Below are positions 50,843 through 61,296 of a stretch of 64,000 nt of DNA, in pieces. Location: positions 249,292-313,291 of the forward strand of contig CBDCWP010000044.1 of the NCBI GenBank assembly GCA_965223505.1, read 5' to 3'. Each line of letters begins with the position of its first letter. The stretch's first letter is position 1. The position numbers were made by a program, and so were the translations under genes. The DNA is from Planctomycetota bacterium. GTDB lineage: Bacteria; Planctomycetota; PLA2; JAEUHO01. Under the pieces are notes generated by a model. The model saw nothing but the letters and a program-made list of their open reading frames with translations, was not told where the DNA came from and did not search any database.

Positions 50843-52528
50843 CTACTCCAGGCGAAGAGTCACCGACTCCGTGCCTCCGTCTCCTGACGCCCGGAGTTTG
50901 ACGACGGCACTTCCAATGCCGGGCTTTGACACTTGAATCTCCGCGTGGCCCTTCGGGAGCCACAGAACCGGTCTCCAACGTTCGGACGCGAATCCGCTGA
51001 ACTCGTCTGCGCTCTCCGGGAAGTCCCAGTGTTTTGCCACCCTGCTGTCAGACGTCGGCACACTAACGTCATAACCGACGACCCGAACCCCAGTGGAGCT
51101 AACGACGTTGAGGCGCACCGGCGTCGCAATGAGTGGTAACTCAACTTCGGCCTCACGCTGGTGCTCGCTCACTTCAAAAAACTGTTCCGGCCCTGCTCGC
51201 CTGCACCACATCCCAGCGGTGCCTTCGATCTCGGGCTGCGCATGATACCTCCCAGGCGGAAGCGAGTAGGGAAGGCGCAGGGCTCGTTGGAACGACGTCG
51301 GAGCGACGTCGGCAGTCCGCTTTGCTCCATTGAGGTTAATGACATGAGGTTCGTCTTCGGACTCATGACGGATCATGAGGCGAATAGGTCCAGTCGCGTG
51401 GTTGGAGCCGATGAAGTGGGGCGAGAATCGGACCGACGTTGGCCGTCCTGCGAACGTCGGTGTCATCTGGACCGTTGCTTTCGTCATGGTCCACGGCGCT
51501 AGACTAACGGTGGAGGTGCTGGTCTCGTATCCCGGCGCGGACACCCTCAGCCGAATTCGGACGAGACGGCTGGAGCCGTCCGCGGCTACGAAGTAGAGGA
51601 TCGGCTCCTCCCATAGACCTTTGACTCTGCTCGGAGCTCTCTGTAGGTGCTGTTCCGATGGCGTCATGTGGGGCTCAATCACGGCGGAGGGTGCATCCGC
51701 ACTCACTCTTCGGAGTGCAATGTCAACTCCGGAGTTCGCGTCTCGTACTCGAATTGCCAACGCTAGGCGCGGCAACATCACGACGCTCGCCTCGACGCTA
51801 CCTGGGAATGTGTGAATCGCCGTTCGAGGATGCCAACCCAGTCTCCTTGCGCTGATGGAGTACCTAGTTCCGCGACTAAGCCCACGAAGTGTGAATCGCC
51901 CTTCCCAGTCCGAGGTTGCAGACGCGGTTACTCGGATAGTCGAGATCGGAATTGCGGTCCTTGCCACTGGCCACTCAGGGAATTCGCCTTCAGCGACGCA
52001 CCAAACCTCCGCGCCGGGAATCGGCTCGCCGCCAATGTCTTGAACCCTGCCATGGATCGATGACCCCTCCTCGAGGGATACCTCGAAGTGCCTCTTGGAC
52101 CCCAATGCACCCAGCCAAGGGACTCGCCCCGGTGCACCGACGAATAATTTGGCGTGATTGGCGCCTACTACGATTTCGAACTCGCCGCTTTCGTTGGTCT
52201 CGACCCAGCGCTTGCTTCTCTCTTCAAACACCGCTCCGTCGCAGACCGCAACGATCGGGCCGACGCGAGCAAGAGGAGCCCCTGTCTCTGCGGCCACGAC
52301 GCGCCCAGTCACGGCCTGACCGTTGGCTTCTGGCTCCAGGGGGGGAGATTCGGTCGCACCACTCGCTTCATCCTGCTCGACAGCGCCGGGGCCAGGACGG
52401 AGCCCTGCCCTCTCAACGGCACCTATGCGTTCTGGCGATTGCGGGTCGCGCTCGACTTCACAGAAGAGGTCTACGAAGAGCACTAGGACAGCAAGAGCGC
52501 CAACAAGGCAGAGCATGCGAAAGGCCAT
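50843..52528 (-). CDS. Membrane-anchored carboxypeptidase-regulatory-like domain protein
   Basis: N-terminal TM; VTGRVVAAETGAPL, IHGRVQDIGGEPIPGA, SDWEGRFTLRGL. Confidence 0.8.
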   Translation of the reverse strand: MAFRMLCLVGALAVLVLFVDLFCEVERDPQSPERIGAVERAGLRPGPGAVEQDEASGATESPPLEPEANGQAVTGRVVAAETGAPLARVGPIVAVCDGAVFEERSKRWVETNESGEFEIVVGANHAKLFVGAPGRVPWLGALGSKRHFEVSLEEGSSIHGRVQDIGGEPIPGAEVWCVAEGEFPEWPVARTAIPISTIRVTASATSDWEGRFTLRGLSRGTRYSISARRLGWHPRTAIHTFPGSVEASVVMLPRLALAIRVRDANSGVDIALRRVSADAPSAVIEPHMTPSEQHLQRAPSRVKGLWEEPILYFVAADGSSRLVRIRLRVSAPGYETSTSTVSLAPWTMTKATVQMTPTFAGRPTSVRFSPHFIGSNHATGPIRLMIRHESEDEPHVINLNGAKRTADVAPTSFQRALRLPYSLPPGRYHAQPEIEGTAGMWCRRAGPEQFFEVSEHQREAEVELPLIATPVRLNVVSSTGVRVVGYDVSVPTSDSRVAKHWDFPESADEFSGFASERWRPVLWLPKGHAEIQVSKPGIGSAVVKLRASGDGGTESVTLRLE

Positions 52529-52580
52529 TCTGATGATCCTCTCGCCCCACGATAGTGCGAACTGCGGGTGCGCGTAAGCT

Positions 52581-54135
52581 CTACTGCTCAGAAGGCGCTA
52601 GCCGCGCTGGCGCCTTCTTGTCCGCTAGCCCGAGGCCCTCGTTCTTATCCAGAAGCTGTGGGCCGGCGGGGGCATACCAACTACTCCCCGGGTACACAAA
52701 CCAGTTCATCGACCCAGTCTCCGGATCGGGCGTTGGTGATGGCCCGCCAGTACCCATAGCTTGACCGGAAGTTCCGAATGTGATGATCAGAGTGCTGCTG
52801 ATGGTGTCGCTCGTTCGGCCGGTCGTGAGGTCGTCGCCGTCCTCTTTTTTGAAGTTCATGTTCATCGTGATTGTCTTCTGGCCGTCCGCCCCGGAAGGCT
52901 TCAGCTTCCTCAGCAGACCGCCCAGCAAGTCGTACGGCGCATCTGGGGATGGGGCACCGCCATCGTGGATCCTCAAAGTAGACGCGCTCGAGACGAACGT
53001 CGGCCAGACTGCCAAGAACTGGTCCTCAAACTTCTGTTCCGAGGTCGTCGGGTGGTCCGGGGCCTCGCGTCGTGTAGCCAAGTATTCGCGGATCGTCGCC
53101 ATGTAGTCCGGTTCTTCCGGGTATGCGGCTACGAACACGACGGGAAGGCTGTCTTTGCCATAAGCCTCCCGCATCTCCTTGGGGCCACGCAGGGCACCAT
53201 CGTCCTTCCAGCCCCTGTATTCGTTACTGAGCATGCCTTTCTCCGCCACCATCAGATGCAACTCGTAGTTCTTGCCGCCGACCGTTACCTCTTCCTTCCC
53301 CCTTCGTTGGTAGCGCGCCCGACCGTCGATTCCGCGCCATGACAGAGAAATGGCCTCTTCGTGAGCCTTCAAGGCGTCGAGAGAGAGTTCGAGACGCCAT
53401 AGCGCTTTCTCGATGTCGCCCTCTGCTTCCGCGATCTTTCGCTCCAGCTCAGCGGTCGGCTGGCCGGAACGCCTGGCATCTCGTAGTTGGGTTCTAAGCT
53501 CATTGAGTGTCGTGATTGCGCGAGCGAGAGCGCGCCTCCTGGCCTCCATTTCTCTGACGAGCTTCATGAACCTGTGGACCTCTTTGTCAAGTTGCTCTTT
53601 CTCTCTGTCCCTGGTCGGGTCCCTTGGCTCAACCGATTTGTTGAGGTCCCCTGGTTGATCCTCAGGCAGCGGCGGTGGGGCCATGAGGATATCCCCTTCC
53701 CAGTCTGCTTCCGTTGGCGGAACCAGGCCAGGTTGAGTCTGTCCCTCACCGAGCGCCGTCAACTGTGCCTGAATACGAATGAGTTCGTCCTGGAGCCGAT
53801 CGGCCTCTTCGAGGCTCCCGGCGCCCAGAGCGGCGTTCTTCAGTTCTGACTCGATGTCGCGAAGCAGTGCGATCATCTCGCCCTCTGTTAGGTGCGGCTC
53901 ACCGTTGGCTTCAAGCTCCTCGTTAAGACTCTCAAAGTCGCGAGCCTCTCGAACCGCATCCCTAACGAAGCCTAGAAGTTCCTTTCGAGGCTCGCTCGCC
54001 TCTCGAGCCGCTCTGGGAAGGTCCGGATTCTCAAGTTCCTCGACCTTCCGCATCACCTTCATTAGCAGCTCGAGGGTCCTCTTGGCTTCCTCCTCCCCTC
54101 GCGGCGTCCTGCTTCGCAGCTCCTTCTCGAGGTTG
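52581..54135 (-). pseudogene. C-terminal part of a large coiled-coil protein cut by the dual-DDE element
   Basis: Frame stays open to the element boundary (NLEKELRSR..LLMKVMRK); coiled coils then a unique globular tail. Confidence 0.7.
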
Positions 54136-54141
54136 TGTCCC

Positions 54142-55248
54142 CTACGCGTTAGGCCGCGTCCGCCAAGCGGAAACTAGTGTTGATAAGCGCCCTCTCCGGA
54201 ACTGTAGATAGCCGTGCTTGCAGAGCGTTCTCTGCGTCGCGCTGCGGTCGATTGACGCGCGCTCGATGCACGTCGGCATTCTAGCGTTTCTTTCCTTGAA
54301 TGTCTTGAGCGCGGCATCGGTCTCGAACTTCAGATCGTGCTCAAATGCCGTTCTCTCTTGCCTCGTGATCGGCCGGCGGTCTTCAAGAGCCTCCGCCGGC
54401 GTCGGCCCAGTCGCACCCCATGGCCTCGCCGTCGTATTCGCAACGAGCAAGGCGTCGTCGAGGTTTTGAGGTAGCCAGATGCGGGGATGTCCTTCCATCT
54501 GCGCGATGTGCTGTACACGTCGCTTGAAGTTCCCGCCGCTGCGCTCGCACGCGCCGTTGTAGGCGGGCGTGTACGGCGGCGACGTGAGTGGCGTGATGCC
54601 GTGCTCCTCGAGCAACGCGGCCGTCTGTTCCGAGCGAAACGCGCCCGCGTTGTCCTTCTTCAGAATCAGCGGCGCTCCGAACAGCGTGATCAAAGCGAGC
54701 AGCGCCGCGCACACAGTCTTCGTCTTCTCGCCCCGGCAGGCTACGGCCGCCAGCTGCGCTCCGCTTCCGAGATCGCGAACCAGGAACAGTCGATCCTTGC
54801 CCTGCCACAGGCCAGCCTTGGGCCTGGTGAAGTCCGCCGCCCACACCGCCCCGGCACGAACCCACTTTAGCCGCCTCCGATACCAGCGCCATCGACGCAG
54901 CGCCACCCGTAGCAGGCGCCTCTTCATCTCTGAGAGCACTCGATACGGCACGTCGCTGAACATGCCCCGAAGTACGGTCACACCCGAGAACGGCCCGAGC
55001 TCGAACATCGCACGCAGCACCTTCTGCCGCTTCGCTCGTGGTACGTCATCGGCCTTGCGGCCACGCTTCTCGTACACCGGCTTGCCCTGGCGAACGCGAA
55101 GCTCCCAACGCCTGATCGTTCGCTCGGCCACGCCAAGGACTCGCGCCAGATAGGCGCGTGTTTCCTTGTCCCAGCCGCTTCGCCGCATCACCTCCACGGC
55201 CTGAAGCCGGAACTTCACCTGCTCCTCGTACGACATCTTCTCGCTCAT
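54142..55248 (-). CDS. Second DDE transposase, ORF4 (copy 2)
   Basis: Four amino-acid differences from copy 1; D-D-E intact. Confidence 0.88.
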   Translation of the reverse strand: MSEKMSYEEQVKFRLQAVEVMRRSGWDKETRAYLARVLGVAERTIRRWELRVRQGKPVYEKRGRKADDVPRAKRQKVLRAMFELGPFSGVTVLRGMFSDVPYRVLSEMKRRLLRVALRRWRWYRRRLKWVRAGAVWAADFTRPKAGLWQGKDRLFLVRDLGSGAQLAAVACRGEKTKTVCAALLALITLFGAPLILKKDNAGAFRSEQTAALLEEHGITPLTSPPYTPAYNGACERSGGNFKRRVQHIAQMEGHPRIWLPQNLDDALLVANTTARPWGATGPTPAEALEDRRPITRQERTAFEHDLKFETDAALKTFKERNARMPTCIERASIDRSATQRTLCKHGYLQFRRGRLSTLVSAWRTRPNA

Positions 55249-55640
55249 CGCTGCCTCCAACCTTCCTGGTGCGCCACATGCAGCGCGTGCCGAACCCGCG
55301 GCGCCTCGCCAAGCCCGCAATCGAAGATGTCCACCTGCGTGCGCACCACGCGCACTCGGTGCCGTAGCTTCGACACCTCGCGCTCAAGCTCATGATCGTC
55401 GTCAGGGAGCACCGATCGCGGCCGGCCACAAGCGCCGCCTTCAAGCGCCTCAACGCCGGCCTGCAGGAACCTACGTCGAAGATCCTGGAAGCGCGTTCGG
55501 CCGATCCCCAAACGCTCGCACGCATCGCCAACGCTCCACTGCCGGCCAAGCGTGAGCAGAATCACCTTCACGCGCTCACGCGCCGTCTCGCTCGCCGACG
55601 TGCGCGCCACCAGCGTCGGCATCTCGCTTCGCCGTCCCAT
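55245..55640 (-). CDS. Small HTH protein, ORF3 (copy 2)
   Basis: Near-identical to 28,269-28,664. Confidence 0.8.
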   Translation of the reverse strand: MGRRSEMPTLVARTSASETARERVKVILLTLGRQWSVGDACERLGIGRTRFQDLRRRFLQAGVEALEGGACGRPRSVLPDDDHELEREVSKLRHRVRVVRTQVDIFDCGLGEAPRVRHALHVAHQEGWRQR

Positions 55641-56082
55641 CGCCGTTTCCTTCCTCTTCAAGGCCCGTGCGCAGCGTCTTCAGCACCGTCTTGCCGCGGT
55701 GGCCGCGCTTGGCGCTGCGGCCCTTCTTCGAGGATGCCTGCTTGCGCCCGCCGCGCGCCAGCCCCAGGCTTCGATTGGCCGCCCGAAGCAAGGACTGGTG
55801 CCGCCGAAGCTCCTTCTCCAAGTGCTGTTTCTCGGCCTTCAACGCCAGAATCTCGCGTTCCGGCGTCTTCTGGATGCCGCGCTTCTTCGGCTCCATCGCC
55901 CGCAGCATGCCCTTCAAAGCACGGCCTTCGAGCTGGTAGTAGCGCGAGAGCGACACGCCCATTTGCTCAGCCGCCTCGCTCGTGCCGATCTCGCCTGAGA
56001 GCGCTTCCAATATCACTGCCACGTGCTTGCGCGACGTCTTGCTCGCCGTGATCGTCGTCACGTTCTTCTTCTTCGTAGGCAT
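55576..56082 (-). CDS. Small HTH + coiled-coil protein, ORF2 (copy 2)
   Basis: Near-identical to 27,827-28,333. Confidence 0.85.
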   Translation of the reverse strand: MPTKKKNVTTITASKTSRKHVAVILEALSGEIGTSEAAEQMGVSLSRYYQLEGRALKGMLRAMEPKKRGIQKTPEREILALKAEKQHLEKELRRHQSLLRAANRSLGLARGGRKQASSKKGRSAKRGHRGKTVLKTLRTGLEEEGNGDGTAKRDADAGGAHVGERDGA

Positions 56083-57443
56083 TACTCCTGCTCCTTCGTG
56101 GGCGCCTCGTCAAGGGCCTTGAGCTCCTCGAGCACGTCGTCGAGCACGCTCTCGCCGGGCCCCTCCTTGGCCGCATCCTTGCGCTTGCCCGATGCCCGTA
56201 GATCCACCTCCTCGCGAACGCCGTCCTTGTCCGTCAACAGCACCTTGTCGCCCTCGGCGTGAAGCGACACCGGCTCGTCGCCGATTCGGCCCGCCAGGTA
56301 CAAGGGCTTGCGCGGCTCACCATGAAGCGCCAACTCCTTGGCGTTCGTTGCAACCGCCTCTTGCAGAGCGCTGCGCACGCTCTGCGAGGCTTCGAAGAAT
56401 CGGTCCGCTGGAACCAGGCCGCCAATGCCCTGGTGGGTGCGCTGGAAGTTGTAGAACCCGATGAAGTGAGCAATGCGCGTCTTGGCGTCCTCCATGCCGC
56501 GGAAGATCGCTCCGTCGATCAGCTCGCGAAACAGCGTGCCCCAGAAACGCTCGATCTTGCCAAGCGTCTGCGGCCGCCTCGGCCTGGCCACGATCTGCTT
56601 GATGCCGCGCTTCTCGCAAAGCTTGCGAAACGAGCTCTTCCCGCGCCAGGTCTGATACTGCGCGCCGTTGTCGGTCAAAATCTCCTCGGGCGCGCCGAAG
56701 TTCGCGATCGCCTGCTCGAACGTCTCCCGAACCATCGCACCCGACGCCGATGCGTGAAGCCCGAAGCCCACGATGAAACGCGAGAAGTCGTCCAGGTAGC
56801 AAACCAGGTGCACGCGCCGACGCTCGCGCTTCAGGAGAAACGTGAATAGATCCGTTTGCCAAAGCTCGTTCGGTCGCTTGCGCTCGAATCGCTTCACCTT
56901 GGGCGGGTTGCGCGCCGGCGCAACCGCCTCCACCTCGTAGCCCGCTTCCTTCAGCACGCGCTGAACCGCGCCGCCTGAAACCGAGATACCCTCCGTTCGG
57001 ATCAGCATGTCGTGGATCCGATCCTGGCCCCAGTCCGGATGCGCGTCCTTCATCATCAGGATCGCACGGCGCGCCGGCTCGGGCAGCCCGCTGCCCTTCA
57101 TGCCGCGCTTGTGCCCGAGCAAACCGGCGGGGCCCTCCTCCTCGAACTTGCGACGCCACGCGTACAGCGACGCCGTGCTCACGCCGATCAGCGGCGCGAA
57201 CTCCGTGGCCGCAAGCTCGCTGCGAAACCAACAGTCAAGCGCCAACAGGCGCTGCTCGCCCGTGAACTCCGCGCTACGCGATGCGTCGCTTCGCACCGTT
57301 CGAGCACGACGGCTGCGTGTGCCGCGGGGCACGTAGCCGCTCACGGCCCGCTTCCTCCGCTCGGCTCCGGCGACTTCGTCGCCTCCGCCTCCCTTCGGAA
57401 GCGGGCCGTCCAACCTCTCGGGCGCCTTCGTATCGTCGTTCAT
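56082..57443 (-). CDS. IS481-like DDE transposase, ORF1 (copy 2)
   Basis: Protein identical to copy 1 in the ORF track. Confidence 0.92.
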   Translation of the reverse strand: MNDDTKAPERLDGPLPKGGGGDEVAGAERRKRAVSGYVPRGTRSRRARTVRSDASRSAEFTGEQRLLALDCWFRSELAATEFAPLIGVSTASLYAWRRKFEEEGPAGLLGHKRGMKGSGLPEPARRAILMMKDAHPDWGQDRIHDMLIRTEGISVSGGAVQRVLKEAGYEVEAVAPARNPPKVKRFERKRPNELWQTDLFTFLLKRERRRVHLVCYLDDFSRFIVGFGLHASASGAMVRETFEQAIANFGAPEEILTDNGAQYQTWRGKSSFRKLCEKRGIKQIVARPRRPQTLGKIERFWGTLFRELIDGAIFRGMEDAKTRIAHFIGFYNFQRTHQGIGGLVPADRFFEASQSVRSALQEAVATNAKELALHGEPRKPLYLAGRIGDEPVSLHAEGDKVLLTDKDGVREEVDLRASGKRKDAAKEGPGESVLDDVLEELKALDEAPTKEQE

Positions 57444-57542
57444 CTCTCTTCCTTTCCCTGGCACATAGGCCAGCCAAAGGAGAGAGCCTTATCAACACCG
57501 GTTTCCTGCCCTTCGCAGGTCACCTATTCGTCGAGGGAGACA

Positions 57543-58160
57543 CGAGCGTGAGCCTTTCGGAAGCCGAGGTTCACTGGCGCGAGTTCCTCAGCTCGCTCCA
57601 GGACCGCGGACTGCATGGCGTCGAGCTCATCACCAGCGACGGCCACAAGGGCTTGGCCGCCGCGCTCGCTGCCCGCTTCGCCGGCGTCGCCTGGCAGCGC
57701 TGCCAGTTCCACCTGCAGCAGAACGCACAAGCTTACGTGCCGCGTCAGAAGCTTCGACGCGACGTCGCCGCTGATCTTCGCGCCGCGTTCAACGCGACGT
57801 CGCGGCGCGAGGCTCAAGAGAAGCTCGAGGCCTTCGTAAAGAAGTGGGACAAGCCCGCGCCCGACTTGGCGCGTTGGGCCGAGGAGAACATCTCGCAGGG
57901 ATTCACCGTGTTCGACCATGGCCTCAACGAGGCGCAACGCAAGCGCCTGCGCACCACCAACAGCCTCGAAAACCTGAATCAACAGATCCGGCGGCGCACG
58001 CGTGTTGCCGGACTCTTTCCAAACGAAGCGTCCTTGCTGCGGCTTGCGAGCGCGGTGCTCATCGAGATCAGCGAGGAATGGGAAACCGGACGGAGGTACT
58101 TGCCGAGGGACGACGCTTGATCAACCGCTCAGCGATTTACAGAAAGAACGTTGCTCTGCC
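57543..58160 (+). pseudogene. 3' half of IS256 (copy C) truncated by the dual-DDE element
   Basis: Matches 46,743-47,360 including the right IR; 5' half missing. Confidence 0.92.
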
Positions 58161-58651
58161 GCCGCGTCGCCTTGGCGTTGCGCAGCTTGGTTCAGAGGAG
58201 GAGTACTGTGAGTTCGTCCGACACCTCACTCGGAGTCGCGGCAGCCTCCCCACTCCTAGCGAGCCCACTGGAAAGCGCCTTCGGGACTGGCGCAGGGAGC
58301 GAGCCATCAGCTTCGCCGCGGGCGGCCGTGGATAGCCCTGGCTGGCCTGGGCGTGGCGTCGGGGATGCGGTGGGCCGCGCCCGCTTATCGTCGATTCAGC
58401 AGACCTCGACCGGCCAACCCCTGCTAGAGCGCTCTTTCTCCCGCCCAATCATCAGACCCCCCCCCGCCATGCCCCGGCAGCAACGGCGTCGGGAAAGTGC
58501 CGCATAGCCGGGGGCTGAGTGCTGTACCGCGGGCTAGTCTGGCGCCGGCCGCCGCCGGACTTGGCAGGCCAGCCTCCGCTTCCCTTCTGGCTTGGCACCT
58601 CTGTTCATGCCCTGATTCTGCTGTCCGAGGAGCGGGCTCTGCCCAAAGACT

Positions 58652-59983
58652 CTAGTGATCGGGTAGGTCATTGACGTTACACACGCCAAGGCCTGCAAAC
58701 GTACGCATGTCCTCGGCAGTCTCTGTGGCCGCAATGGCGTAGACAAAGCCGGTGCCCTCGTCATCGCTGTCAAGCACCGGCAGTGTCGCAGTTGCCTCCT
58801 CGACACCGTTGAGTGTGTAGGTGAGTTCCAGCGTTTCGTCAGCAGCTGTCACAAAGAACACTCTCATCGACGCCGAAAACTGAGAGCCGTGAAATGTAAC
58901 TGTGTGTGCTTGACCGTCGGAGAGAACAACACTGGGACTGCACAGGATCAACTGCGGCCCAGCAGGCACCACAACGTACCGGTTTGAGTGTTCCGGTGAA
59001 CCTGAGAAACTGATCGCAAGCGTCTCATCAAGTACCGGCGCTGGTGAAAGCGCTACGGGCGCCGACCCGCCAGCCAAGATCGTACCTGATCCAAGGAGAG
59101 TCGTCGGCTCGCCACTCGCGTCGAGCCGCCAAACCTCCGCGACTGATCCTTCACTGCCGTCAACCGTGATCGAGCTTTGACCAACGTACGGCAGGCCCTG
59201 AGCCTTGGGCGCGAACCAGATATCGCCGGAGATCGCCTGCGTGTCCGCGACAAGATCACCCGTCGTGTCTGAGTATCTCGCGTACGGAAGTTCATCCCCC
59301 CCGACTCCTTCAAGATGAGACTCGTACGCGTCGACGGCTGAACCACCGAAGCACTCAATGACCCTCGTGCTGAGTAACTCTGGCCAAGTGTCAGATTTTG
59401 CGAAGGGCAGAAACTCAGGTGAGTCGGCCCAGCCATCTCCGCTACTGTCAGTCGCAACAAGTACGTCTTGGCATCGAGCGTCAAGCATGAACAACGAACC
59501 GCTCTCGGTGTCATGCGTCATCGATACTACATATGAAGGGGTGGGTCCAAGAGTGAAGAGCTCCGTAAGCGTCGCCAGATCCCACACCCCATCTGAGTCC
59601 GAGTCGTGCATCCGATGGACCTTGAGTTCTTCATTCGGATGCAGGATGGCCAGCAATAGGTAGCTAACACCACCAACTGCCTGAACCTCAGTTGCGAGAA
59701 CGCCGTCTCCAGGAAGCTGAAGTGTTGTGTTTCCGGCCTGCTTCACAACCAGCATTTCTGAGCTGCCCGACTTGATCCGCCAAAATCCGCTCTCTAGGTC
59801 GCCGTGATGCACGGACTCTGGCGGCGTGGATAGAACGACGGCACTCGTTGGCCGCGTGAATGACGGTTGAGCTATCTCGTCTTCAACGCCGCAACCCACT
59901 AATAGTTGGGAGGAGAGCAGGAGGGTCGCGAGAACTCGACTGCGTAGTCCATGGTTCACGGTCGAACTATGCAAAGCATCCAT
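58652..59983 (-). CDS. Acidic lipoprotein, unknown function
   Basis: Lipobox LVGC; DSDSDG / DSSGDG Ca-type motifs; AGGAGAGG RBS. Confidence 0.7.
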   Translation of the reverse strand: MDALHSSTVNHGLRSRVLATLLLSSQLLVGCGVEDEIAQPSFTRPTSAVVLSTPPESVHHGDLESGFWRIKSGSSEMLVVKQAGNTTLQLPGDGVLATEVQAVGGVSYLLLAILHPNEELKVHRMHDSDSDGVWDLATLTELFTLGPTPSYVVSMTHDTESGSLFMLDARCQDVLVATDSSGDGWADSPEFLPFAKSDTWPELLSTRVIECFGGSAVDAYESHLEGVGGDELPYARYSDTTGDLVADTQAISGDIWFAPKAQGLPYVGQSSITVDGSEGSVAEVWRLDASGEPTTLLGSGTILAGGSAPVALSPAPVLDETLAISFSGSPEHSNRYVVVPAGPQLILCSPSVVLSDGQAHTVTFHGSQFSASMRVFFVTAADETLELTYTLNGVEEATATLPVLDSDDEGTGFVYAIAATETAEDMRTFAGLGVCNVNDLPDH

Positions 59984-60299
59984 TTGAACTGTCCTCTCCT
60001 CTACTCGTTCTTTGGCGGGCGGCACTGAGGGATATCATCTTGCCAGTCGTCTGGTTGGCCATAGGACGCCATTTTCTGACGCACCGTCTCGAGCACGCTG
60101 AGTGCTTCCGTCTTGCACTTGTTTGTGAGCCTTCGCGCTCGGGCAACAGGCCCGTCCTCGAAACCCGGATTGCATCGCACTGCGTCAGATTCCGCCCAGA
60201 AGATCATGTTCGAAAGGTTGAAGATGAGGTAGTCAGACCTGTCAGACCTGGAGTTGCGAGTTCTTCGTTGGTGGTCGCCGTTATCGGCATTCGCTCAAG

Positions 60300-61047
60300 A
60301 CTCGCGATAGACGTGCAGCGGAGCTGAAGGCGTCGGAACTCCAACGAAAGGCCGAGATGAAGGCGGCTGGAGTGTGCGACCCGTTCGAGGAACACGCATC
60401 CAAGCCGCTCAAGGAGCACATGGCGGACTTTGAGACGACCCTGCGAGGGCGCAACGTCGTCGAGCAGTACATCGAGGACCGCATGGGCTGCCTCAGTGCG
60501 TACTCGAGAGACGTGGGACCGCGCGAAGTAGGGGACTTGGATCGCTAGCCAAAGTAAGCGGCTGGCTGACGTCGCTTAGGGAGACCGGGTTGTCGCCGCG
60601 GACGGTCAACCGGTACTACCAAGCCGTTCGGCAGTTCGGCCGCTGGCTGAAATCAACGCGTCGGCTGGGTCACGACCCGTTCGAGGGACTAAAGCCGATG
60701 AACGAAGCAGTAGATCGCCGGCGCGTCCGCCGCTCGTTGACTGTGACCGAGTTGGAGAGACTGCTGACCGCCACACGCGAACGACCTCTCAGGGCGGCCG
60801 AGAAGCACCGTGTCAACGCGGGGGTCTCGAAACGGGAGCGACAACGCCTTCAAGCGCTAGGCAGCACCAGAGCGTTGATTTATGCAATGGCGGCTGGAAC
60901 CGGCCTTCGACGGGGAGAGTTGAAGCGGCTTCGCTGGATGGACGTCGATCTTGAGAAGCGGGAGTTGACCGTGTCAGCGGCGTCCGCCAAGGCGCGGCGC
61001 GAACAGCGGGTGCCTTTGCGCTCTGACCTTGCCGACGCTCTGCAGGC
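60300..61047 (+). pseudogene. Tyrosine integrase N-terminal/central fragment, frameshifted and truncated
   Basis: KPLKEHMADFE..; LSPRTVNRY..RRSLTVTELERLL..GTGLRRGELKRLRWMD..AKARREQRVPLRSDL. Confidence 0.85.
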
Positions 61048-61296
61048 CGTCGAACCCGTTCTCGCTGAGCGCTTCCAGTGCGTCGCCAACCAAGGCGTAC
61101 GCTGTTCGTGGTGGGTCACGTCGTTCCTCCTTTGCGTGGTGTCGTTACCTGCAAAGGTACGGCGTTGATCCGCCACTCAGTTCGCCCCGGGAGATGGACG
61201 GCGCGCCCGCTTCGCTTGAATCAGCTAGCTGATTCAAGCGAAGCAGAGCGCCTCTCCTCCGGGGAGCCATTTACATGGAAAGAACGGTACACCCTC
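61047..61296 (-). pseudogene. IS256 5'-end fragment (copy D, copy-A type) with single-base insertions
   Basis: Matches 38,013-38,257 including the left IR. Confidence 0.85.

Larger units (their letters stand above)
54136..57542 (-). mobile_element. 3,407-bp four-ORF dual-DDE element (copy 2, inverted)
   Basis: Reverse-complement near-copy of 26,367-29,773. Confidence 0.92.

Noticed and set aside
57281..58120. Novel fusion ORF of the element end with IS256 transposase
   Set aside because: A chance read-through across the insertion junction; the IS256 part lacks its first catalytic Asp region
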